This document shows, in pieces, positions 1-14,750 of a stretch of DNA of 64,000 bases. The notes under the pieces are model-generated. The model was not told the origin of the DNA. It was given only the letters and a program-made list of their open reading frames with translations, and ran no database searches. Source of the DNA: the human T2T-CHM13v2.0 reference genome, Homo sapiens; assembly GCF_009914755.1 (NCBI RefSeq), contig NC_060929.1, one strand, 5' to 3'. The position numbers and the translations under genes were made by a program. Position 1 is the stretch's first letter. Each line of letters opens with the position of its first letter.

Positions 1-602
<602 letters not shown>

Positions 603-659
603 CTTATAGTATGCTACACAATGTAACTTTGAGATGTCTAATGATACACTGATGCGAAC

Positions 660-1130
660 CATTTTCTTCTATCTGAAAATTTTAGGTCTTTTCTTTCTCC
701 CCTGCGTGCTGAAGTATTACCATAATGTGCCTTGGTGAGAGTCATTTTTATTCATTTTGCTGTGTACTGTGTGGACCTTTTCAAACTGGCGCTCATGTCC
801 TTCAGGTCTGGGATGTTTTTACGTGCGTGCTATTTTTTGAAGATATTCTCTTGCCCATTTCTTCTGTTTTCTTTTCCTGGAACTCTTAATAATTAAACTG
901 GATGCTGAACTTCCTCTAACTTTCTTTTTTTCCTACCACTATTTTCCATCTCTTTGTCTTTTTTGCTTTTACTTTCTAGATTTCCTTAACTTTATCTTCT
1001 AATTGTGGGATTTCATTTAAAAAGTATATATCCGTACTTTAATTTTAAAAACTTCTTTTCTCGAAATGTCCCTTTTTTAATTGACTTCTGTTTTTATGAA
1101 GGTAATGCTTTATTATCTCACTGATTTTTG
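660..1130 (-). mobile_element. Old L1M fragment (ORF1-side)
   Basis: T-rich diverged sequence resembling ancient L1M antisense. Confidence 0.45.
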
Positions 1131-1209
1131 CTCCTAGTCTAATGCCTTAAATTTATTTTTCTTATATTTATACTGACTAGGCCTACCAATATAATATTAT
1201 TATTATTAT

Positions 1210-1630
1210 TAATTTTTAATTAACAAATAAAGATATATATTTATGTATACAGTGTGTTTTGAAATACATGTACATTGTGGAATGGCTAAATTTAGATAAT
1301 TGACATGTGCATTTCTCATATGCATTTTTGTGTGCAATGAGAACACTTGAAATCTGCTTAAAATTAGTAATCAAGTATACAATATATTGTTATTTATTAT
1401 AGTCACAATGTTGTACAGTAGAGCTCTTGAACTCATTCTTCCTAACTGAAATTTTATATTCTTTGAACAACATCTCTCTAAACCCTTATCTCTCCACACT
1501 CCCAGCCCCTCGTAACTACTGCTCTACTCTGCTTCTATGAGCTCAACTTTTTAGATTCCTATAAGTGAAATCATGTGGTATTTGTCATTCTGTGCCTGAT
1601 TTAGCATCATGCTCTCCAGATTCATCTGTA
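1210..1630 (-). mobile_element. L1MA8/9-like 3' end
   Basis: tacattgtggaatggctaaat...gagaacacttgaaatct...ctctgcttctatgagctcaactttttagattcc; similar to 46149-46570. Confidence 0.85.
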
Positions 1631-3084
1631 TTCAGGCACCTGTTGTTCTTCATGCTCTGACTGAATGGGCTGGTGGAGTTCAGTGGTGTCCTATCTATTC
1701 CTTATAAAGATTGTCACAGTCCTTTTGCTTTCAGACCAGCTTAAACTGTTGGACTCAGTGATATCTAGTTTATTCAATTCTTGAGAATTCTCAAGGTTCT
1801 GTAACTTCTTAACTGTTTGGCGTATAATTAGCTTACTTCTTATTAGATATCCTATTATAGACTCAAGCTTCATCTCTCTTTGGTCTATGAGGCCACTTCT
1901 CATTTATTGCTTTTCAGTTTCTAGATTTTGTTGACATCTCTCATATGCTGTCATTATTTCTCTTTTTTGTGGATTTATAGTTTTAAATTCCTTTTCCTTT
2001 TATTTTAGTGGGATTTTAGAAGGTAACAAGGAAAAAACAATTATACTGAGTCCAGCAAGCTTACCCATAAATTTATTTTAATTAATAATTCTATTTTAAT
2101 TGAGAAAAATGAAATAAAAGAAGTGATTAGTAAAGTTATAATTGGGTTAATTTATTTGGGTAATTCAACTTAAAAAATAATTTTTTTATTAATAGTAAAG
2201 TGATGAGGAAAAATGAACATATTGCTTTAGCTATTAGATATTTCACTTTACATTTTCTTTTCATGATTTTAAAGATTATAATGACAACAAAAATTATAAT
2301 ACAAGGGAAAAATGCAGACTACAAATTTGTAAATACTGCTTGATCACACATATGTAAATCTTGAGTTTCAGGATGAAAAGATAGATTTTATGTTCCCTTT
2401 GTATGCCAATAAAAATAGTTATTATAAATATTCTTTACTTTTCATTTGTAGTATTCAGGGTGCTTTGATGTTTACCAGTGGTCATTTTGAGCCCATAAAA
2501 TGGTAAGAAGTAGCTCTGAATGGGAGCACGGAAAAAGGAGAACAAAGAAATAGGCTAGACACCACAGAAAACTCTGGACTCCGAGATAGGCAAGCAGCTT
2601 TTGAAGTGGTCCTTGACATTTTTCCTGGCGCTATAACTGGTCATGACTTTGGAAAGTCTTTCTATTAGCAGATGACGAGCATATTTATAGTTGTAAATGT
2701 CAGACAGGCCATGTTGGGAGTGGGCAGCTCTGGAACTGTGTATGTGGGAGGAAGGGTATTTTTTTCTCCTTGTAGTTTTTTGTGTTCTCCAAATTTTCTA
2801 TAAAAATCATCTATTAACTGCCAGTGGAGAGTTTAAGAGATGTTCAATAGATGGGGTCAACAGGATGCAGATGTGTGTAGGACATAAAGAAGAGGAAGAA
2901 GGACCCTGGGTTCTGGGCAGGCAAGGGATGTAGTGCTCTGAACTGGCCAATGTAGTTCCTTCTAAGGGAGCTATCCCTGCTTCCAGTCCCTAACAGAAGA
3001 GAGGCCACAGGTGCACCTATGATCCCACCAGCCTTGGGCATAGTTGATTAGAATAGGTATGAGCTTTGGCCCAGAACTAAACTT

Positions 3085-3610
3085 TGACAAATTTCTTTGA
3101 CACTCCTCTCTTTGAAAGGTGGATATATCTCCTCCAACTCCTTGAATCTGAGCTGAGTTTAGTGAGCAGCTGACTGCTAAGAGTATGGTGGAAGTGATGC
3201 CACGTGACTTACAAGGCTAGGTCAAAAAAGGCAATGCATCTTTTGCTTGGCTCACTGGAACAGTCACGTTGGAACCTTGGGCCACCATGTAAGAATTTCT
3301 GTCATCTGAGGCCATCATCCTGGGATGAAGCCCAAAGTAGTGTACATGGAGAGACCCTGCAGAGAGCCGAGAACCCTTGAAACCTCAGAGGAAAGAGAGG
3401 TGCCTAGCCAGCCCCCAGCTCTTTCAGCAGTTATAGTCTTCCAGCTCCAGCCTTTGACTACAGCTATGTGGCAGACTCTGAACCAGAACTACCTGGCTGA
3501 ATGCTTCTCAAATCCTTGACTCCCAGAAACAGGAAAAAAAAAAAAAAAAAGATCATTGTTTTAAACCACTGAAGTGTGTAGTTTTGTGACGCAGCTATAG
3601 GTAATTGACT
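3085..3610 (+). mobile_element. MLT1 (G/H-type) MaLR solo LTR
   Basis: ccttgaatctgagctg...ggaagtgatgccacgtgacttacaaggctagg...ttttaaaccactgaagt...gcagctataggtaattgac. Confidence 0.75.
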
Positions 3611-3624
3611 TATGGTACCAAAAT

Positions 3625-4124
3625 ATTTTCCAATTGTCTACTGCTATATAACAAACTATCCCAGAACTTAGGGTATAAAGCATGCATTTTATTATGCCCA
3701 CACATGCTGTATATCAAGAATTCAGACAGGCACAATAAGCATGGCTTGTCGCTGCTCCATGATATCTGATGCATCAGCTGGAAAGACTCAAAGGCTGGGA
3801 GTGATCGACTGGGGACTGTTGTCCTCTGCAGATAGCTTTACTCACACATGTCCGGTGGTTGATGCTGGCTGTTTTCTGGGACCTCCGCTGGAACAGTCAG
3901 CCACAGCCCCTACCTGGCCTCTTTGTGTGGCCTGGGCTTCTTCATAGCCGGTGGTCGGATTCCAAGAGCAAGCTGCTGGTGTCTTAAGGCCTAATCCTGG
4001 AAATCTGCACACTGCCACTTCTATTGTATTCACAAAGTCCAGATTCCAGGGGAGGAGACATGAACCCTGTCTCTGGATGGGAGAAGTGTCAAAGATTTTT
4101 GTGTACCTTTTAAAAACTGTCACA
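3625..4124 (-). mobile_element. MLT1H-like MaLR solo LTR
   Basis: tctactgctatataacaaacta...gatgggagaagtgtcaaaga...aaaactgtcaca. Confidence 0.75.
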
Positions 4125-4986
4125 CATCCCGTAGGCTAGGCAGTGATCTATAACATGGTCTGGCTCAAAAAGATGAACTGGGTTAATTATTTTCTCTTTT
4201 CAAAAATTTGAACTAAGGAATACAAAGGAACACTTTAGTTAGAAGTGGTGGGTAGAGATGAAAAAATACCATGAAGTATAGACAAGGCCATGGTAAGTCC
4301 AGGTTATAAAGAGTCAGGAACTATGAGAAAGCAAAACATCTACGGAGTAGAAATACAATGAAGAGAAAAGGAGAAATGCAATAAAAGAAAATTCATATAG
4401 TCCTGGAGAGAGATCATGACAAGGCAGGGAGCCTCTAGAATGCCCAACTCTTTCTGACAGTTCCTATTCAGTTCCCATTCATTTGTTGTTTTTGACACTG
4501 ATCTTACTTTTCTTACCCATTTTTCTAGGTCACAGTCAATAACAATGTCCTACATGGCAGTAGGACATACTGAAATGAGCGGGGCTAGGCAGCAGGTTTC
4601 TTCAGTCCTCAGAATTTTTACTGACATGGTGAGAGCCACATTAGAGAGAAAGAGAAATAACTATGTGAAGCAGTTGCTGCTGAGTAGTAAGAAAGAGCCA
4701 CTGTGTGCTTATTACTGCCTCTGCACTTTATTACAGTCTGGGAAGAGGTATAGGAAGTGGGAGCAAGAAGAGAAACTACTTCACTATTTCCAAAGATGTA
4801 TTGTTTTATAATGCACATTGAAATGGAAATGGATAACAGTAGATATATGGTTTTATCCAACTGTAGGGATTATTTTCATAAATAAGAGAATGAATAAAAT
4901 TTCAAAATACATTTGGCCAATAGCTTTTCCCTGAAATTTGAGAACCCTTATCTGGTAGACATTAGCCACATGATTACTAAATTTAG

Positions 4987-5159
<173 letters not shown>

Positions 5160-5206
5160 TAGTGGCATACTCTTTTAATAGAAATATTTGTTACCCAAGA
5201 AACTAG

Positions 5207-5394
5207 GGCCGAGCATGGTGGCTTATGCTCATAATCCTACCACTTTGGGAGGCGCAGGCAGAAGGGTTGCTTGAGCACAGGAGGTTGAGACTGTAGTGAG
5301 CTGTGATTGCAGCACTGCACTCCAGCCTGGGTGACAGAGTGAGACCTGACTCAAGAGAAAAAAAAAAAAGAAGGAAGAAAGGAAGAAAAACAGA
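5207..5394 (+). mobile_element. Alu monomer (FRAM-like or internally deleted AluJ)
   Basis: ggccgagcatggtggc...gagacctgactc + A-rich tail; TSD aagaaactag 5197-5206 / 5395-5404. Confidence 0.85.
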
Positions 5395-5612
5395 AAGAAA
5401 CTAGCTATTTTCCCGATGTCTTAAATGGGACATTTTGATTTTATCTACTGCTATATACTGATTTTCTCTTCTAAAGAAATAGTAGGCAGTCATTAAAGTA
5501 CCACTATCAAAAAGGTGTTGATGCCAAAGATATCATTATTTTATTAGAAGAGAGAATTCTGGGCTGTGAATAATACTGATATGTATATTTGTCTTACAGG
5601 GCTCGCTTGCTG

Positions 5613-5673
5613 CTTCCTTCCTTCCTTCCTTTCTTCCTTCATTCCTTCCTTCTCTTCTTCTTCTTTTTTTTTT
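5613..5673. repeat. (CCTT)n/(CTT)n pyrimidine simple repeat
   Basis: Visible tandem units. Confidence 0.85.
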
Positions 5674-7889
5674 CCTTTACCAAAGACTCACTTAAAATTC
5701 TGCCAATAAAGTAGTGTTTTGAGCTGCTCTTGCTATGACAGAGAGGATACAATGTGAAGTCAAGTCAGGGGAAGGTTGTACCTACTTACAAGGGTCATTC
5801 TTTGAAAAACATCTGGGTTTTTCCTCTTTTATACCATAACACACTAACATTTAATACCTATTGTAGTTATTTAACCTAATAACCGTACCAAAGATATAAT
5901 GGATCTTTCTCCTGTAGGAGGAACATAGAATAATAATGCTTTAATTTTGTATGTCTCTGTTCTCTAATGGCAGGCTGTCATTTTCTATAATTTACCAGAG
6001 ATTATGAACAATGTGTGTAGGCTGAGTGTAGTTGCTTAGTAACCACCTTTTAAAACTTTCTTAAATGTAATTGCCTCTCTGCCAGGGAAACACTGATTCA
6101 ACAAATTTGCATTGAACCACTTCTTAAGCAACTCAACACATTAAATGTCCCTGTGCTTTTTATTTCAAATTATTTGCCTTTTAAATTCTGTTAAGGTAAG
6201 CCACCTTTGTTATGATCATTATTTCTCTTTGAACAAAGTGAGACTTCCAAATGATTATCTGTACATTGTCGTATTCCCTACTGTTTTTCTGTATCTCTGT
6301 TCTTATTGCTTTTTTAGAGTTGAAGATAGAAACTTGCAAAAAATCATGAAAATCCCCAGTTTCTCTCTGAATAATTCTAAATGCTTTCAAACACCACCAG
6401 TCTGGAGTTTGTTTAAACCTGTATATCAAAATTTGCATCATATGAATGTTCTCTTGGCTTCTGTCTCTGATTTCACCTCTTTCTGTTAATCAAGCATCTA
6501 TATTGCTCTTAAGAAAATGTGAACCGCATGAGGACAGCTTGCCCATAACTTCACTTTTTATGGTTGTGTCCACCCATGTACACTGACTTGCAGGGGGAAA
6601 GGGTTAAAAGGTAGACTTCAGTGGAATATCTACTGTTGGTGTTTCAAATCATTAATTGCTTTGCCATTTCAAGTCCAACTTGTATAGCTGCCCACATTTT
6701 CTCATTTGGCTGAAAGTTCTGTTGATGTAGGAATAGTTCACAGCTGATAACAAAGTTGACTTCCTCTTTGATTCTAAGTTTGAGGTGGATGTAAGATAGA
6801 AGAGACCAGAAATAGATTTGAGGAAATGAAAGGTTTGTATTTCTGTTCCCAACCCCCAGAATTAGTAAATGACCTCCAAGCTAGAGGAGAGGAGATTTTA
6901 GAGAAAGGAAAAAAGGAAATGAGAAGTAGTGTAATGATTGCACTCTCTGAACTCCACCTATGCACCTGTCTCCACCCTATAAAATCTTCCTTAAGTCTCA
7001 GGATCCTAAAGAGGAAAGTCCCAGGTACGATCTAGAACAACAGCAAGATGGAGAGAAAAGCCCAGCTCCATGCCAGCTTAGCAAAATGGGAGATGGTATT
7101 TATGAAAAAAAGTAAACCAGAGACAACACCCTCTCCTCAACTTTTCCCATGGATCTGGAATCCAGTTTTTCCTAGGGATCCAGTATGGGGACACAGAAGT
7201 TGTCTAAGAGTAGGAGCTGGAACGCCTCCCAGGAAGTCACCTATTGGTGTGAGAAGGTCTTCACTGAAAGAATGCTGCATGCACTTCCAGCCATGGTCCA
7301 GATGGAGTGTGGAACTGAATCCAGAGGACTGGCAGCACCAGAAGGCAAAGAAGAGCCTGTTGTCAAGAGCTCTGAGCCCTGCTCAAGGTCACATTGTATA
7401 CCACTTGAACCAAGAGGGCAGGGGAGTTATATCAGCAGTAGACACTAGCAGAGACAGGGCCTTAGAGCCTTAGAGTAGTTACATATATTCTACCAAGGCC
7501 ACAGTGCTCCCAAAGGCTTCCTTAGGACTCAGAAACTGCCCTGGGGAGAAGGATGAAGGAAGACAGAACATTCAGCTCACTAAAATTTAACCTGGTAAGT
7601 GACTTGATAACAAGTCAGAATTGGTTGCGAGGAGAATCACTGCTGGACTGAGAAATCTCAAAAGTTCTTGTTTTAAGTTGTCTGCCATTAGAAAATCCAC
7701 AGAAACAACTTTGGGTTATATGAATAAAACAATTGAACATGTTTGCACTGTTTAGTTCATACCTGTGTGGGTCAGCCTGGTTGTGTCTCAAGATAGGAGG
7801 GGTTGGGGGGTGTGTATGGGAAGGGACAGAGGAGGTGGTAAGTCTGAGTGTATTGGAACATATATCCTATATGGGACAGTCTGGTGATA

Positions 7890-8100
7890 GGATCAAGAAT
7901 AGGCTACCTGGACACAAGCAGCTGTGGTTTGAATCCCTACTCTGTCAATTACCAGTTTTGTGATTTGGGGCAAATTCTTCAATCTGCTGAATCTGACTTT
8001 CCTTATCTGCAGAAATATGATAATATTCAACTCCATATGGTTGTTTTGAGGTTTTGAGATAATATACATTAAATATTCGGCACGTAGTGCCTAGAATGTA
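7890..8100 (+). mobile_element. MIR SINE
   Basis: ggtttgaatccc...tgtgatttggggcaaatt...tttccttatctgcagaaat core. Confidence 0.8.
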
Positions 8101-8189
8101 ATGACAGTGTATCATATCCTTGACCTCCAGTGCTCTTCCCTCATCCCCACCCCCACCAGCCCCTTCTATCTCCCCGTATGCATGAAAGA

Positions 8190-8282
8190 AGTCTCTGAGT
8201 GGGTAGAACTTTATCTTATTCACTTCTGTTTTCATAGTGTCTGGCACATAGTAAGTTCCCAATAAATAGTTGTTGAGTGAGT
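8190..8282 (+). mobile_element. L2 3' end
   Basis: gtgtctggcacatagtaagttcccaataaatagttgttgagtgagt. Confidence 0.8.
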
Positions 8283-9645
8283 AAGTTGGGGTGGAACTCT
8301 AGGAAGACAGCTGGGAGTATTAAAGCAGGTTCTGCATGTGAGATAAGTCTCAAATGGAAGGATAAAACTTAGTGGAGTGAATGGAAGAGCAGGTGGTTAC
8401 AAATGCTAAGCTTCAGGAAAGTAGGTTTTGATCAGAGTGAGATAAACAGAACTCAATTACATATACACCTACTTACAATAGAAAAGGAACAGAAATCTAT
8501 GGTCTGTATACACAAAAAATCCTGTGCTATAAAGCAATACCTTTATATTTAAAAAAAGACCACTGTATAGACCACCATTTGTGTTTTCCAACAGTGTGGT
8601 ATACATTTGTGGGGAAGTACCCGTGTGTATGTTAGTGTGTATTTCTGAATGTGTATAAAATACTTGGCCTAGATTTTTCAATCTTACCTGAGCTTTTTGA
8701 TCAATCTTTCTATCATCTATCTTATGCAAACTGAATTTTTCTCTATTAAAAATGTAAATAGAATTTAACTACATCACAAGGTCAGTATTAATGCTTTATG
8801 ATTCTTTGAGAGCTTGTAAAGATGAAGAAAGTGTTAAAAGATTTGAATTTGAAATTTCAAGATCACTGTAGGTTTTTAGAATGCAATTAACCCTTAGACC
8901 TGGCTCATTTATAAAATGAGTAACAGACTTGACCTTGGAATAAGAGCAAACTCTCAAACGATATTGGGTTTAGGACATAGTATGCCTTTCCTCTTTTCTT
9001 CCTTTTCTTTTCTTTTTTTTAAAATAAGAAACCTTTAAAATCTCATGTTTATAGTTTTTATTATTTTTATCATAACTGCTTAGAATGATGGCTAATGGTT
9101 TTCTGAAGTAAGAATTTTGTATTTCTAATTTTTGAAGAGATTTAATATCTTTGATATGGTAAATGATGCTGTTTAATTCTGTTTTCCTTGAAAATCTTCA
9201 TTTGATTTCATAGTTTTAGGTATATAAGGAATGTCCTACATATAAAATAATCTTCCCTCATATTATGACACTCTCATCAAGCTGTTCATAAGCAGATTTA
9301 GCAGATAAAAATTAGATGTTAGACCAACAAATGACTATTAAGTACTTCTTTCTGTGCAGAATGATTTACTAAATCACAGGTGCCCTGAATTAAAATGTAT
9401 ACACACACCGTTCCCGTGATTGGTGTGATCATGTTTTTCACTTCTGAGGCAAGTTAATTTTCTATCAATTTGTTATATATTTGCAAAAAAATCACAAAAT
9501 ACTTATGTTTTTATTAGGATTTTAAGCTTTGAAACTCTAGCTTCTTATTTTTTTCTAATCAACAACATGAAATTAGATTTGTGAGTGGACTATTGCTTTT
9601 CATTTTTAAGAACAAAATGACCAATTTGTTACTATGACTACCTAA

Positions 9646-10164
9646 TGTCATAGGTAGGTAGTGACTATCTAGGTTGGTGGTGTGGGTACATATGTAACAA
9701 AACTGCACGTTGTGGACATGTACCCTAGAACTTAAAGTATAATAAAAAAAAAAGCATATATATGTATAAAAAGAATTTACCGAGACAATTTTAGGTTAGG
9801 AAAGGCAGATTTATTAGAGAAAGTATGAAAATACATTGTAAGGGTGCAACAAACAGGTCAGCAAGAAAGGAGCTGACTGCAAGGAGACAAAGGCTTGCTG
9901 GGGATTTTATAGAATGGTGCTGTGCTGTGTGCTGCAGAGGGCTTTGTACTAATAATGCCAGTGTTGCAGTGAGCTAACTTGGATTTTTCTATCAGCCGAG
10001 GGGCTGTTGATAAGTCGGGCACAGGAAGATTCTGAGTTATTTGCACAGGAGGGCTACGTGTCCTGTATCATGAAGAAAGGCAGACTCATAGCTTATCTGC
10101 TTTCTCTTTTTGCTCTCCCCTACTCCCACCAGCCTAACTCCTTTTCCCTAAATAGGACTCCACA
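9646..10164 (-). mobile_element. Solo ERV LTR (family uncertain, possibly LTR47-like), interrupted by an L1 tip
   Basis: tg...ca ends, flanks cctaa/tctaa (4/5 TSD), AATAAA on minus near 9810. Confidence 0.7.
9688..9770 (+). mobile_element. Very short L1PA 3' tip
   Basis: catatgtaacaaaactgcacgttgtggacatgtaccctagaacttaaagtataataaaa. Confidence 0.88.
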
Positions 10165-10710
10165 TCTAACACTTGTCAGAATTTAATCGTTAAATCCCAG
10201 GATGGCACACAATTTGGTATTCAGTTTTGATGGAGTCATTGGCTCCAGCTTCAGCTACACGGGATGACCCAGCAAAAGTCAGCAGAAATTATCATCTAAC
10301 AGTAGCTCATTCTTTTTTAGTGGAATCTCTTAAAAGATTTTCCTCAGCTAGATGATATTTTCAATATTAGCCACTAGCAGAAGTGTTCTGCTAGTAAGTA
10401 CAGTTCTGCTATGTGCATAGCTGAACTATGTTCTGCTAGTAAATACAGAGTTCAATTTTTGAGTTTATGTATGTCTGAATCCAAAAGACCATATTCTTTT
10501 CATAAGACCACTTTAGGAAATAGCCGGTGTAGGCAGTTCTACTTCAGGCTAGGATGTGAAAAGATGTGGATGGCTTTTTCGCCCATGGTAACACCATGAA
10601 AAACCCAGACAACATACAATTCATATGTACCCATGGGATTTTTGAAGAGTGTCCGATGTAGGTAAGCCTTTACAAAGTGATTACAAGAAAGAAAAGTCTT
10701 TCATAAGTGA

Positions 10711-11068
<358 letters not shown>

Positions 11069-11183
11069 GAAACATTGGATCTTAATACAGGCAGGAGGAG
11101 GAGAAAGTGTCAAAACTCAAGAGACTTGACTGATTGCAACAGAAGCACTGGTGAAGGAGTGGGCAGGTAAAAGTAAATTTACC

Positions 11184-11428
11184 ACCGCATGTTCTCACTT
11201 ATAAGTGGGAGTTGATCAATGAGAACACATGGACACAGGGAGGGGAACATCACACACCAGGGCCTGTCAGGTGGTGGGGGGCTGGGGGAGGGATAGCATT
11301 AGGAGAAATACCTAATATAGATGATGAGTTGATGGGTGCAGCAAACCACTATGGCACGTGTATACCTATGTAACAAACCTGCACGTTCTGCACATGTACC
11401 CCAGAACTTAAAGTATAATAATAATTTA
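11184..11428 (+). mobile_element. L1PA7-like 3' end
   Basis: L1 3' UTR; TSD aaaagt(a/c)aatttacc 11169-11183 / 11429-11443. Confidence 0.9.
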
Positions 11429-11449
11429 AAAAGTCAATTTACCCCAAGT

Positions 11450-12350
<901 letters not shown>

Positions 12351-12380
12351 CCTACCTAAACCATCAAGAATTTAAAAATT

Positions 12381-12736
<356 letters not shown>

Positions 12737-12949
12737 AAGAATTTTAAAATTGTTACATCTACTAAAGTTATTTTTCTATTTTTTTTAAAATATTACAAAT
12801 TCATTGTCAAGTGAAGAGGCAATCGATCAAGTAGCTGAAAATGTAGGGCAAAAGTATTATAGAAGTGTGTCAGCAAATTAATTTACATTACGTTCTTTTC
12901 CTAAATTTTGTAAAGACTGAGTCTTTGAGACCATTTGTCAGTCTTTAAA

Positions 12950-14534
12950 AATTTTTTTTTAAACTCTACTTTATTCAGGTAAAATGTAAATAAAATAAAA
13001 ATAAATTCTTAAAATTGCATGTTTTAAATGTACAGTTTGATTAGCTTTGACAGATATATATATGTACTACCACAATTAAAATATAGAATGCATCTATCAC
13101 CAAAAAAAAAAAAAAAACCTCCTCTTGTTCCTTTGGAGTCAGTCCCCACCCAACCTTACGACTGTAGATCTGCATTCTTTCACAATAGGTTTGATTCTCC
13201 TTTTAAAAATTTCATATAAACCAAAGAATGGTGTATTTACTCTTTTTTTTCTGAGTTCTTTCATTCAGCACAATGTTTTGAGATTCATAGACATTTTTCA
13301 CATATATGTACTTCATTTCTTTTTATTGCTGAGTAGCATTCTATGATATGAACATACCACTTATTTATATCAATTCACCTGTTGATGGATATTTGGGTTG
13401 TTTCATCTTGTGGATGAAGCTGCAAAGAACATTCATGTACAAGTCATTTTGTGGACAAATGTTTTCATTTTTTAAAGGTAAAATACCTAGGACTGAAATG
13501 TCTGAGTTGTATGGTAAATGTATGTTTTTGTATAAAAACTATCAAACTATTTCATTGTGTATTTCTTTAAACTTGCATTTCCCTAATGACATATTCTCAT
13601 ATTGGTCATTCAAGTATCTTATTTTGTGATGTGCCTCTTTAAATGTTTTGCCCATCTTTCCTTGATTTATATCTCTTCTAACTTTTGAGTTCTGAGAGTT
13701 TTTATATATTCTGCACATAAGTCCTCTGTCAGTTATATATGTAGTGCTCATGTTTCAGTTTTTGCTTTGTTTTTTAACATTTTCATAATGGTATCTTTTG
13801 AAGAGAAGTTTTTTCTTCTGACGAACTTCCATGTGTTATTTCCTTCTCTTGTTGTTTGTGCCTATTGCATCCTAAGAAGGCTGTGGTTACTCAAAGTGGC
13901 AAGGATGTTTTTCCTATGCTCTCTTCTAGATGTTTTACAGTTTTAGCTTTTGTGTTTAGGACTATCATTTATTACCAATTAATTTTTTATTATGATGAGA
14001 AGTAAGGATTGAGGTTCTTCTTCCCCAGCCCCCAGCTGGATTGCAAGTTGTTCCAGAACCATTTCTTTATTCCATTCCACTGATCTATATGTCTATGCTT
14101 AAACCAGCTCTACTCTGTCTTTATTCTTGTAGATTTATAGTAAGTTTTGAAATTAGGTGCCTAAGTCCTTTGACTTTGTTTTTCTTTTAAAACATGGACT
14201 ATTCTATATCTTTTGCATTTTAAAATAATTTTAGGGCTCACCTCAATTTCTAGAAAAATTCCTGCTGGAATTTTGAATTGCATTGAATCTATAGGTAGAT
14301 GTGATTTGGGCATTTATTGATCTTACACACATTTTGGTAGATTAATCCCTAAACACTTAATGATTTTTTTCCTATTATAATGGCATTGGACTTTTAATTT
14401 CAATTTCCAATTTTTAATTGCTTGAAGAGAGAAATACAATTCATTGTTACACAGTGACTATTATCCTGTGATCTTGCTGAGTTAACAAATGAGCTCTACT
14501 GACTTTTGTGATAGATTCTTAAGGATTTTCTACA
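12950..14534 (-). mobile_element. Old L1 (L1MC/MD/ME-type) 3' portion
   Basis: tgtacagtttgattagctttgacaga 3' UTR motif and diverged ORF2 antisense. Confidence 0.7.
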
Positions 14535-14536
14535 TA

Positions 14537-14750
14537 CAGGTATACCTCATTTGTGCTTTGCAGATAATTTTTTTTTTCTTTTACTAACTGAAGGTTTGTG
14601 GCAACCCTGCATTAAACAAGTGCATTGACAGCATTTTTTCCAACAGCATGTGCTCACTTAGTGCCTCTGTGTCACATCTTGGTAATTCTTGCAATATTTC
14701 AAACTTTATTATTATTATATCTGATATGATGATCTATGATCAGTGATCTT
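14537..14750 (+). mobile_element. Tigger1 DNA transposon 5' end
   Basis: TA|caggtatacctc TIR; gaaggtttgtggcaaccctgc, ccaacagcatgtgctcact, gatcagtgatcttt. Confidence 0.88.

Noticed and set aside
4529-4811. Acceptor-like tttctag followed by an 88-aa ORF
   Set aside because: No homology recognised; expected by chance
6181-6790. Possible minus-strand coding exons (FKQTPDWWCLK..., IKEEVNFVISC...)
   Set aside because: Acceptor-like AGs but no convincing donors and no recognisable protein
7048-7473. 141-aa ORF
   Set aside because: No recognisable domain; region may be an ancient LTR
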